A model generated the notes under the pieces. It was not told the DNA's origin. It worked only from the letters and a program-made list of their open reading frames with translations, and did not search any database. Below, in pieces: positions 47,665-55,726 of a DNA stretch of 64,000 nucleotides. The translations under genes were made by a program, and so were the position numbers. The DNA comes from Minisyncoccota bacterium (GTDB taxonomy: Bacteria; Patescibacteriota; Minisyncoccia; Phycocordibacterales; SBAW01): contig DASZWM010000002.1 in NCBI GenBank assembly GCA_035546615.1, positions 15,460-79,459 of the forward strand, read 5' to 3'. The stretch's first letter is position 1. The number at the start of each line of letters is the position of its first letter.

Positions 47665-48525
47665 CTATGTCCGTACTATCTTGCCAAGACGCTCTTCTAC
47701 GAGCCCGCGGATCTGCAGCGATGAAAGCGCGATGTTCGCTTCCTGAGCGGAAAGCCCCGCGCGCTCAATAAGCTCGTCTTTTTCGAGTGCTTCGGCCAAT
47801 GCCTCGAGTATTTTCGCTTCGGCAGGCGTCAGATCGGACGGGAAGGAGGCTTCCGCAGCATCTTCGACTTTCAGTCCGAGCGCTTCAAGAATATCTTCGC
47901 TGTTGCGAACGAGCGTTGCGCCTTCGCGAATCAGCCGGTTGACGCCCGCGCCGCTCTCGCGCCCCAGCTCGTGCGGCACGGCGAGCACTTCGCGGTTGTA
48001 GTCAAGCGCGAGCCGCGCGGTAATAAGCGTGCCGGACTTTTCTCCCGCTTCTATTATGAGCGTGGCAAGCGCCATGCCGGCCCCGATGCGGTTTCGCTTG
48101 GCGAAATCGAACAGCTGGGGCCGGTAGGGGCCGGGATTCTCGCTTACGAGCGCGCCGCCCTTCTCAAGTATCCGCTGCGCCAGCCCGCGGTTGCTTGCGG
48201 GATATATAGAAGAGTCATCGCATGAGGAGGGGAGCACCGCTACGGTTGCCAGCCCGGCATCGAGCGCCGCCTTGTGCGCTTCGGCGTCTATGCCTAAAGC
48301 GAGGCCCGAGACTATCGCGACCGGATACCGCGCTAGCCCCGCGATAAGCGCTTGGCACATACGCCTTCCATATATAGACGTAGCGCGCGAGCCCACGACG
48401 CACAGGAGCTTGTACTCGGGCGGGGGAAGTTCGCCGCGTAGGTACAGCATTTTCGGCTTGTCCGGAATTTCCCTCAAAAGGTCGGAAAATCCGTCAGGCG
48501 GCAGTTGTCGGATAGGGAAAGCCAT
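47665..48525 (-). CDS. dprA: DNA processing protein DprA/Smf
   Basis: Rossmann-like DprA core: LCVVGSRATSIYGRRMCQALIAGLA, VAIVSGLALGIDAEAHKAAL, and GTLITARLALDYNREVLAVP. Confidence 0.88.
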   Translation of the reverse strand: MAFPIRQLPPDGFSDLLREIPDKPKMLYLRGELPPPEYKLLCVVGSRATSIYGRRMCQALIAGLARYPVAIVSGLALGIDAEAHKAALDAGLATVAVLPSSCDDSSIYPASNRGLAQRILEKGGALVSENPGPYRPQLFDFAKRNRIGAGMALATLIIEAGEKSGTLITARLALDYNREVLAVPHELGRESGAGVNRLIREGATLVRNSEDILEALGLKVEDAAEASFPSDLTPAEAKILEALAEALEKDELIERAGLSAQEANIALSSLQIRGLVEERLGKIVRT

Positions 48526-48550
48526 TGTATTCTATGGATATTCTGAACAT

Positions 48551-49822
48551 ATGTTAGATATCACGTTCATCCGCGAGAATCTAGAGCTCGTGAAGGCCGG
48601 CGCCAAGAAGAAGCATATCGAGGTCGACCTCGACCGGCTCATGTCCGTGGACGAAAAGCGCCGCGCGCTCCTGGTGGAGATAGAGACCATGCGCGCCAAG
48701 CAGAACGAGGTGTCCGACATGGTGGTCAAGGCGAGCCCCGAGGAAAAAGAAAAGGCTATCGGCGAAATGCGGGTGCTCAAGGAGACGCTTCAGGGCAAAG
48801 AGAAGGAAATGGAGGAGGTGATGCATGAATGGCAGCTCCTTATGGTGGCGGTGCCGAACATTCCGGATTTGTCAGTGCCCGACGGCGACTCCGACGCGGA
48901 CAATAAAGAGGTGAAGGTGTGGGGCGGAAAGCCGCAGTTCGCTTTTACCCCGAAGAGCCACGTCGAATTGATGCAGGACCTCGAGATGGCGGACTTCGAG
49001 CGCGGCACCAAGGTCGCCGGATTCCGCGGCTACTTCCTCAAGGGCGACGGGGCGCTCTTATCTTTCGCTATCTGGCGCTACGCGCAGGATTTTTTCCTGA
49101 AAAAGGATTTTACGCCGATGATAGTGCCGAGTTTGGTAAAGCGCGTCGCATTTTTGGGCAGCGGGTACCTGCCCCAGGGCGAGGACGACCTGTATAAGAC
49201 GCAGGACGGCGATTTTTTGGCCGGCACCGCGGAAGTGGCGACGATGGGGTACTACATGAACGAAGTATTGCCGAAAGAAAAACTGCCGATGAAATTCCTT
49301 TCCTTCTCGCCGTGCTTCAGGCGCGAGGCGGGCGCGCACGGCAAGGACGTCAAAGGCCTTATCCGGGTACACGAATTCTTCAAATGGGAGCAGGTCATCG
49401 TGTGCGAGGGCACGCATGAGGAGTCGGTCAAATGGCACGAATGGGTGAATCGCAACACGGAAGAGTTCATCGAGTCGCTTGAGATCCCGTACCACACGGT
49501 GCTCAACTGTGGCGGTGACCTCGGGCTGGGCCAGGTAAAAAAGTATGACATCGAGCTGTGGGTGCCGGGCGAGAATACGTATCGCGAGATAAGCTCGGCC
49601 TCGTACTTCCATGACTTCCAGACCCGCCGTCTTAACATCCGCTATCGCGACGAGAACGGAAAGATGCAGTACTCGCATTCGCTTAATTCCACCGCCATTC
49701 CGACTCCGCGTATCCTCGTGTCTTTGATAGAGAATTACCAGCAGGAAGACGGCTCCATCCTCATCCCGAAAGCCCTGCAGCAGTACATGGGCAAGGAAAA
49801 AATAGAAAAAGCGAAAGCGTAA
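48551..49822 (+). CDS. serS: seryl-tRNA synthetase
   Basis: N-terminal coiled coil MLDITFIRENLELV and class II motifs (FRGYFLKGDGA; CFRREAG; GLGQVKKYDIELWVPG). Confidence 0.93.
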   Translation: MLDITFIRENLELVKAGAKKKHIEVDLDRLMSVDEKRRALLVEIETMRAKQNEVSDMVVKASPEEKEKAIGEMRVLKETLQGKEKEMEEVMHEWQLLMVAVPNIPDLSVPDGDSDADNKEVKVWGGKPQFAFTPKSHVELMQDLEMADFERGTKVAGFRGYFLKGDGALLSFAIWRYAQDFFLKKDFTPMIVPSLVKRVAFLGSGYLPQGEDDLYKTQDGDFLAGTAEVATMGYYMNEVLPKEKLPMKFLSFSPCFRREAGAHGKDVKGLIRVHEFFKWEQVIVCEGTHEESVKWHEWVNRNTEEFIESLEIPYHTVLNCGGDLGLGQVKKYDIELWVPGENTYREISSASYFHDFQTRRLNIRYRDENGKMQYSHSLNSTAIPTPRILVSLIENYQQEDGSILIPKALQQYMGKEKIEKAKA

Positions 49823-49824
49823 GT

Positions 49825-50664
49825 ATGGCACGCGTGCAACTGCCGGTCTCCAAGCTCAAGGCGCGCAAGCGCCGCAGGCGCGTGCTTGCGCTGGTGTTCG
49901 CGCTTGCGGGCGCCCTCGCGCTTGCGGCAGGCGCGATAGCGCTTACATGGGCGCCGTTCCTGCGCATCCAGAAGCTTGAGGTAGCAGGAGTGTCGTCGGT
50001 AAATAAAGAGCTGGTGGAGGAGCAGATCCGCAAAAGCCTCAGCGGCGCGTATTGGGGCGTATTTCCGCGCGACAATATCTTTTTGTATTCCAAAGCCGAG
50101 ATGCGCGCGCGGCTGCTTTCGCAGTTTCCGGTGTTCGCAAGCGCGAGCCTTTCTTCCGAGGGCTTCGACGGCCTGCGCGTAGACCTGGTCGAGCGCAAGC
50201 CGGCGGCGCTTTGGTGCGGCGAGGGGCCGGAGCTTTCAGGCTCATGCCTTACGCTCGACGAAAGCGGCGCGGCGTATACCCTCGCGGCGGATTTCTCCGG
50301 CTCGGTATATGCGCGGTACACCGGAGCGCTTCCGCAAGGGCCTTTGCCGCGGCAGTTCCTGGCGCCCGAGCAGTTCCGCGGCCTTGCAGCCTTCGTGAGC
50401 GAGCTGTCGGGCAAGCTTTCAAGCACGTCGATAAGCGTCGTCGCTGTCGGCGGGGACGGCGACGTGCAGGTGGTGTGCGAGAACGGCTTCAGGCTGGTGT
50501 TCTCGCTGGATGATAACGGCGCCGATGTGCTTGAGCGCTTCGCGCTGGCGCTGACCGCGGGGCCGTTCGCAACCCACAAGCTTTCGGACTTTGAATATCT
50601 CGACCTTCGCTTTGGCGACAAGCTGTACTACAAGCTGAAAGGGGAGGAAAAAGCGGAAGAATAA
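49825..50664 (+). CDS. FtsQ/DivIB-like cell division protein (POTRA domain)
   Basis: Basic N-terminus, one TM, then a POTRA-like LRIQKLEVAGVSSVNKELVEEQI, followed by a beta domain. Confidence 0.55.
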   Translation: MARVQLPVSKLKARKRRRRVLALVFALAGALALAAGAIALTWAPFLRIQKLEVAGVSSVNKELVEEQIRKSLSGAYWGVFPRDNIFLYSKAEMRARLLSQFPVFASASLSSEGFDGLRVDLVERKPAALWCGEGPELSGSCLTLDESGAAYTLAADFSGSVYARYTGALPQGPLPRQFLAPEQFRGLAAFVSELSGKLSSTSISVVAVGGDGDVQVVCENGFRLVFSLDDNGADVLERFALALTAGPFATHKLSDFEYLDLRFGDKLYYKLKGEEKAEE

Positions 50665-51007
50665 AAGAGGGCGCGCCGTACGGCGCGCCCCGCTTCGTTT
50701 TCATCGCCCGGTGAGATTTCCCCACCAGTCGTCTATTCGCTTCAGCAGCCGCCGGAGTTTGCCCGGCTCCTTCTGCTTTTGCTGCATGGGCTCTTCGGGA
50801 TCCTCGGGTTCAGGCTTCATGACCTCAAGGCAGCTTGCCTCCCAATCATAGTGAATGCCCTGCTTTCCGGGCGGGATTTGCTTTAAAGCCCGTTCTGCCG
50901 GGGAATCACCCGGGTTGATCGGACCCAGTCCTATTCTGGCTGTCACGTCGATTGCTCCTCGTACTGGTTCAGTTGACTATTACACCGCCGCTCGGTAGCC
51001 TTGTCAA

Positions 51008-51985
51008 ATGAAGTCAAAAGAAAGCTTCTGGAACGGCCTTCCCAAGCCCTTGTTCGTGCTCGCGCCTTTGGCGAACGTCACCGACGCGGCGTTCCGGCGC
51101 ATAATCGCCAAGTACAGCAAGCCGGCGGGGCCGCACGTGTTCTGGACTGAATTCGTCTCGGCGGACGGGCTTGTCCTCGCCAATGAGGAAGGGAAGGCAA
51201 AGCTCATGCGCGACCTTATATATACGGAAGCGGAGCGGCCCATAGTGGCGCAGTTCTTCACCTCGACTCCGGCGCATATGGAGAAAGCCGCCGCGCTTGC
51301 GGCCGAGCTTGGCTTCGACGGCATCGATATAAACATGGGATGCCCCGACAAAAGCATTGAGAAGCAGGGTGCGGGGGCGAAGCTCATTCAGACCCCTGAA
51401 GTTGCGCAAGAACTCATTGCCGCGGCAAAGCGCGGGGCGCCGAATCTGCCCGTTTCGGTCAAAACGCGGCTCGGCTACAACAAGGATATTCTTGAAGAAT
51501 GGCTGCCTAAGCTGCTTGCCGCTGAACCGGCTGCCCTGACCTTGCACGCGCGCACGCGCAAGGAGATGTCGGCCGTGCCCGCGCATTGGGACAGAGTGAA
51601 GCGCGCGGTTGAGATCCGCAACGAGCTCGGAAGCAAAACTCTCATCATCGGCAACGGCGATGCGATGGACCTCGAAGATGCTAAAAAGAAGGCGGAAGAG
51701 TCGGGAGCTGACGGTGTTATGCTCGGCCGCGCCATTTTCGGCAAGCCGTGGCTCTTCAGCGGGGCCGAGGCACCCGCGCTTACGGAGCGGCTGCGCATCG
51801 CGGTGGAGCACAGCAAGCTCTTTGAGGAGCTTTTGGGCGATATCAAGAATTTTGCCATCATGAAAAAGCACTTCAAAGCATATGCCGAAGGGTTTCCGGG
51901 CGCGAAGGAGCTTCGCATGGAGCTGATGGAGACGAAAAGCGCCGCGGAGATAGAAAAGGTGGTTGAATACTTTCTCGCATCCTGA
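51008..51985 (+). CDS. dus: tRNA-dihydrouridine synthase
   Basis: LAPLANVTDAAFR and DINMGCPDKSIEKQGAGAKL in a Dus TIM barrel. Confidence 0.9.
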   Translation: MKSKESFWNGLPKPLFVLAPLANVTDAAFRRIIAKYSKPAGPHVFWTEFVSADGLVLANEEGKAKLMRDLIYTEAERPIVAQFFTSTPAHMEKAAALAAELGFDGIDINMGCPDKSIEKQGAGAKLIQTPEVAQELIAAAKRGAPNLPVSVKTRLGYNKDILEEWLPKLLAAEPAALTLHARTRKEMSAVPAHWDRVKRAVEIRNELGSKTLIIGNGDAMDLEDAKKKAEESGADGVMLGRAIFGKPWLFSGAEAPALTERLRIAVEHSKLFEELLGDIKNFAIMKKHFKAYAEGFPGAKELRMELMETKSAAEIEKVVEYFLAS

Positions 51986-52020
51986 TATAAAAACTGTAGG
52001 CAGTAGGCAGGGAGGCTTCA

Positions 52021-52335
52021 GTGAAGCAGGGACAGAAAAAGCCAATCACTACGGGTAGTCTGCTCCGGGCTGCCCGGGAGCTAAAGGCGGAGGGCCAAAA
52101 GGTCACGTATTCGAGTTTGGGAAAAAAGACTGGCCAACACGGCCATTCGATCAAACGTTTTTTAGATCGAGTGCCGTGGATAATTGCTGAACTCGAAATA
52201 GTACGGGTAGCAAAGGGATATGCTCCCCAAGAACCTGACCGGCTCAGACGGCTTATCTTGACGTTTCCTGAGGATGGAGCGTTCGGCTGGCTCGCCCAAA
52301 GGATCGGGCCTCGTATCTTTCAGGAAAGCTTGTGA
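52021..52335 (+). CDS. hypothetical protein
   Basis: ORF with a GTG start; no recognised motif. Confidence 0.3.
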   Translation: MKQGQKKPITTGSLLRAARELKAEGQKVTYSSLGKKTGQHGHSIKRFLDRVPWIIAELEIVRVAKGYAPQEPDRLRRLILTFPEDGAFGWLAQRIGPRIFQESL

Positions 52336-52415
52336 GTCCGCCCGCAGCCACGACCGATGGTAGGAATACTATCGGTCGTTTTCGTTCCTCTTAATTAGTA
52401 GCGTATACTAAGGCC

Positions 52416-52727
52416 ATGAACGAGCTGGTGCATGCCGATATCTTCTTTTTTATAACGTCCGTTGCTGTCATAGCACTGTCGGCCGCCATGCTCGTCCTCC
52501 TCTTGTATCTTATTCCGGCCGCACGCGATCTGCGGTCGATTACGGCCAAAGTGCGGAAGGCCGGCGACGAGATGGAGAAGGATTTCGAGGACCTTCGCGC
52601 GAATCTGCGGGCGGAAGGTAGCAAGGGAAAGATGCTGGTAGATATCGTGCTCGGCTGGGCGGGCCACGTACTCAAGGCGCCCGCCGCGCGTCGGGCAAAG
52701 AAACAGCCGCCTTCATCCGAAGTTTAG
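52416..52727 (+). CDS. small membrane protein (DUF948-like: TM plus coiled coil)
   Basis: N-terminal TM FFFITSVAVIALSAAMLVLLLYLI followed by a charged helical region. Confidence 0.4.
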   Translation: MNELVHADIFFFITSVAVIALSAAMLVLLLYLIPAARDLRSITAKVRKAGDEMEKDFEDLRANLRAEGSKGKMLVDIVLGWAGHVLKAPAARRAKKQPPSSEV

Positions 52728-52784
52728 GTTAGGGCTGTATTGTGAAGAAGAGCGGAAATATTCATTAACCTAATTACTGTTACT

Positions 52785-53192
52785 ATGGCAAAGAAAAATT
52801 CTGGAATGGGCATGTCAGTGGGCGTCGGGGCGGGGCTCGCTGCGGCTGCTACGGCTGGAGCGGCGGCGTACTGGCTCTACGGCTCCAAGCACTCGGCACA
52901 GCACCGCAAATTGGCCAAGAGCTGGATGCTCAAGGCGCGCGCCGAGGTAATGGAGGCGATAGAGAAGATACAGGACATAGACAAGGAGCAGTACATGGCT
53001 GCGGTCAACGGCGTGCTCAAGAACTACGCGGGCGCAAGCTCAACCGAGATGGCGGCCATGATGCGCGATTTCAAGACCGCATGGACCCACATGCAGGCCG
53101 CGCAGAAGAGCGGCAGCAAGGGCGCAAAGAGCGCCAAGCGCACCGGCAAGAAGATGGTGAAAAGCGCTCGTAAAATGGTCCGCGGAAAGTAA
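52785..53192 (+). CDS. YtxH-like general stress protein
   Basis: Gly/Ala-rich N-terminal helix GMSVGVGAGLAAAATAGAAAYWLYGSK, then a charged coiled coil. Confidence 0.45.
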   Translation: MAKKNSGMGMSVGVGAGLAAAATAGAAAYWLYGSKHSAQHRKLAKSWMLKARAEVMEAIEKIQDIDKEQYMAAVNGVLKNYAGASSTEMAAMMRDFKTAWTHMQAAQKSGSKGAKSAKRTGKKMVKSARKMVRGK

Positions 53193-53246
53193 TACTTTAA
53201 TCAGCAAGCAAAAGGTCGTCGAGGAAGGTTCCCGGCGGCCTTTTGT

Positions 53247-53254
53247 TATATACT
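53247..53254 (+). promoter_or_regulatory. -10-like TATATACT box 6 nt upstream of the dnaX ATG
   Basis: TTATATACTggcttcATG. Confidence 0.3.
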
Positions 53255-53260
53255 GGCTTC

Positions 53261-54319
53261 ATGGCAAAGGGCTCCAAGGAAGAAATCGCTGCGCCTATGG
53301 CGCTGTATCGCAAATACCGGCCTTCCGGCTTTGCGGAAGTGCGCGGGCAGGAAGAGGTCGTTTCGGTCCTTGAGGCCGCTATAAAGAAGAACGAAATCGC
53401 GCACGCCTACCTTTTCTCCGGCGGGCGCGGCACCGGCAAGACCTCGATGGCGCGCATTTTGGCCCGCGCGGTCGGGACCAGCGAGCAGGATATCTACGAG
53501 ATGGACGCCGCATCCAACCGCGGTATCGACGAGATACGCGAGCTTCGCGAAGGTGTCTCGACGATGCCGTTCGATTCCAAATACAAGTTCTATATCATCG
53601 ACGAGGCTCACGCGCTCACCAAAGACGCCTGGGGAGCGTTTCTCAAGACCCTTGAGGAGCCGCCGGCGCACGCGATATTCGTGCTTGCGACGACCGAGCT
53701 CGACCGCGTGCCCGAAACCATCCAGTCGCGCTGCCAGGTGTTCCGTTTCAAGAAGCCCAGCCACGAAACGCTTAAGAAGCTCGTCCTCGATGTAGCCAAG
53801 AAAGAAGGCGTCGCGCTTGCGCCCGCAGGTGCGGAGCTTGTCGCTTTGGTAGGGGAAGGCTCGTTCCGCGACACACTCGGCACGCTCCAGAAGGCGCTTA
53901 CGATTTCGGAAGACAAGAAACTGACGGAAGAGGAGATAGCGAAGGTAATTGGTGCGCCATCGGCCGGGCTGGTAAATAATTTTATCTCGGCGCTTGCCCA
54001 GAAAAATATAGACGACGCGCTTGCCGCCTTCTCGGCCGCGGTAAAAAACGGCTCGGAGCCGCAGATATTCATCTTGCTCGCCGTTGCGAAAGTGCGCGGG
54101 ATATTGCTCCTGCGCTTTGCCCCCAAAATGCGCGGAGAGCTTGCCGAGCAGTTCGGCGAGGACGATATGAAGCTGCTTGAGTCGCTCGCAAAGGGCGAGG
54201 GCGCAAGCATTAACTCCCAAACCCTGGCAGAATTCCTGACCGCGCTCATTGAAACTCCGCGCGCTCCGCTTCCGACTATTCCGCTGGAGCTTGCTCTGTA
54301 CCGCCTCTTCCAACAATAG
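53261..54319 (+). CDS. dnaX: DNA polymerase III subunit gamma/tau (short)
   Basis: YRKYRP, FAEVRGQE, HAYLFSGGRGTGKTSMARILA, the DEAH box IIDEAH, and the SRC motif SRCQVF. Confidence 0.88.
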   Translation: MAKGSKEEIAAPMALYRKYRPSGFAEVRGQEEVVSVLEAAIKKNEIAHAYLFSGGRGTGKTSMARILARAVGTSEQDIYEMDAASNRGIDEIRELREGVSTMPFDSKYKFYIIDEAHALTKDAWGAFLKTLEEPPAHAIFVLATTELDRVPETIQSRCQVFRFKKPSHETLKKLVLDVAKKEGVALAPAGAELVALVGEGSFRDTLGTLQKALTISEDKKLTEEEIAKVIGAPSAGLVNNFISALAQKNIDDALAAFSAAVKNGSEPQIFILLAVAKVRGILLLRFAPKMRGELAEQFGEDDMKLLESLAKGEGASINSQTLAEFLTALIETPRAPLPTIPLELALYRLFQQ

Positions 54320-54321
54320 AT

Positions 54322-54987
54322 ATGGAATTTATACAGTCATCGAATCCGAGCGAGGGCGCCCAGGCTATGGCGCAGAAGATAGTTGAATCTTTGCGGAAGG
54401 GAAAAGTGCTGTGGCTGATATGCGGCGGCTCGAACGTGCCGCTTTCGGCGGAGGCCATGGATGCCGTACGCGCCGCAGTTTCTGCGGATGAATTGCGGAA
54501 CCTAACGGTCGGCATGACGGATGAGCGGTACGGGCCGCTTGGGCACGCCGACTCCAACTGGAAGCAGCTTGAGGATGTTGGGTTCAATATAGAAGGAGTC
54601 ACGGCTATTCCGGTACTTACGGGAAAGCCGCTTGAAGAGACTGTTTCGGAATATGCTCAGAAGCTCGAAGATGCGCTGCAAGAAGAACCGCTTGTTATCG
54701 CGCAATTCGGCATCGGCGCGGACGGGCATATCGCGGGCATGCTTCCGCACAGCCCCGCGGTCTCAAGCACGGACACTATATACGCATACGAAGCCGCGCC
54801 ATTCACGCGCATTACAATAACCCAGCCGGTATTCAAGAAAATATCCGTCGCGTATGCGATAGTATTCGGCGAGTCCAAAAAAGCCGCCATCGACCGCCTC
54901 AAGAACGAGGACCTTCCGGTTGAGGAAATGCCCTGCCAGTTGCTTAAGCAAATCCCCGAAGCGTATTTTTATACCGACCAGCTTTAA
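54322..54987 (+). CDS. pgl: 6-phosphogluconolactonase
   Basis: LICGGSN, MTDERYGP, and GIGADGHIAGMLP motifs of the Pgl/NagB family. Confidence 0.75.
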   Translation: MEFIQSSNPSEGAQAMAQKIVESLRKGKVLWLICGGSNVPLSAEAMDAVRAAVSADELRNLTVGMTDERYGPLGHADSNWKQLEDVGFNIEGVTAIPVLTGKPLEETVSEYAQKLEDALQEEPLVIAQFGIGADGHIAGMLPHSPAVSSTDTIYAYEAAPFTRITITQPVFKKISVAYAIVFGESKKAAIDRLKNEDLPVEEMPCQLLKQIPEAYFYTDQL

Positions 54988-55024
54988 GAAAAACATCCTT
55001 ACAAACTTGAGAATGTAAGGATGT
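54974..55024. terminator. bidirectional terminator hairpin containing one arm of the arsR-flanking inverted repeat
   Basis: AAAAACATCCTTACAaacttgagaaTGTAAGGATGTTTTT. Confidence 0.6.
54994..55016. repeat. 23-bp inverted repeat, arm A (flanks arsR)
   Basis: CATCCTTACAAACTTGAGAATGT is the exact reverse complement of 55338-55360. Confidence 0.85.
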
Positions 55025-55026
55025 TT

Positions 55027-55332
55027 TTAGAGATTCTGGAAGGATTTTAGGAAGCGGACGAATATCTTACCGTAGGGCGAAAGCCGGTGCTCCACGAACT
55101 TGCCGCGATACTTTTTTGCGATAAGGCCGGCCACATAGAGCCGCCTGGTGTGCTCGCCGATGGTCTTCTCGTTCGCATTAAGGGTCGCCGCAATAGTATC
55201 GAGCGTAACGCCCTCGTGCCGGGCGATAAGAAGCAGTATCTCGATGCGGTAATGATTTGCCATGCCCTTGAGATGGCGTTCCATCTGCTTTGCCGTCTTC
55301 GTATTTTTCATGCGGGAGAGTATACATGACAC
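55027..55332 (-). CDS. ArsR/SmtB-family winged-helix transcriptional regulator
   Basis: HTH NHYRIEILLLIARHEGVTLDTIAATL. Confidence 0.6.
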   Translation of the reverse strand: MSCILSRMKNTKTAKQMERHLKGMANHYRIEILLLIARHEGVTLDTIAATLNANEKTIGEHTRRLYVAGLIAKKYRGKFVEHRLSPYGKIFVRFLKSFQNL

Positions 55333-55337
55333 CCCAA

Positions 55338-55360
55338 CATTCTCAAGTTTGTAAGGATGT
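55338..55360. repeat. 23-bp inverted repeat, arm B (flanks arsR; putative operator)
   Basis: ACATTCTCAAGTTTGTAAGGATG, located 6 nt upstream of the arsR start codon. Confidence 0.85.
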
Positions 55361-55431
55361 GTGGAAAGGGAAGAGGCGGGGCTGGAAGCGTTTTGTGAAG
55401 GAGCCTTAAATTTGCTATCCTCAGATTGTAT

Positions 55432-55502
55432 TGCCCGATCGTCTAATGGTAGGACAGAGGCCTTTGAAGCCTTTAATTGGGGTTCGAATCCCTGTCGGGC
55501 AG
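55432..55502 (+). tRNA. tRNA-Gln (anticodon TTG)
   Basis: 71 nt: acceptor TGCCCGA/TCGGGCA, anticodon loop CTTTGAA, T-arm TGGGG-TTCGAAT-CCCTG. Confidence 0.8.
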
Positions 55503-55533
55503 CAAATGTAGCGAAGCGTAATTTGCGCCCGAA

Positions 55534-55656
55534 GGAAGCAATGGGATTGCTTCCGGCAGGGATTCGAAAGCCGGAGCGGGACCCGCATCAGCAGATGCGG
55601 GAGCGAGGCAGGGTCGTGCGGCTAAAGTTGCGACGGCAACTTTAGAACGCCTGACC
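55534..55656 (+). repeat. tRNA-associated structured repeat, long form (copy L3, downstream of tRNA-Gln)
   Basis: H1 GGAAGCAAT-GGG-ATTGCTTCC, GGCAGGGATTCGAAAGCCGGAGCGGG, a variable hairpin CCCGCATCagcaGATGCGGG, AGCGAGGCAGGGTCGTG, the hairpin AAAGTTGC-GACG-GCAACTTT, and AGAACGCCTGACC. This is followed by CGAATCCCT, a copy of the tRNA-Gln T-arm segment. Confidence 0.75.
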
Positions 55657-55726
55657 GAATCCCTAAGAAGTTTCTAGTTTTCTCTGTCTCTAGGCAGAAT
55701 CACTTTTTGATGGTAAATCTGTCCTG

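Noticed and set aside
51014-52045. A 343-aa minus-strand ORF opposite dus. Similar long antisense ORFs lie opposite dnaX, relA, rpsA and the adaptor gene.
   Set aside because: All lie opposite genes with strong family signatures. High GC suppresses stop codons on the antisense strand.
55534-55656. Whether the tRNA-downstream repeats are a known small RNA (SRP/4.5S, tmRNA, RNase P, 6S) or tRNA pseudogenes.
   Set aside because: None of the conserved signatures is present: SRP AGGAAGCAGC and GNAR helix 8, tmRNA 5' GGGG...tag region with a 3' tRNA-like end, or RNase P GAGGAAAGUCCGGGCUCC. GGATTCGAAAG resembles a T-loop, but no cloverleaf can be drawn.
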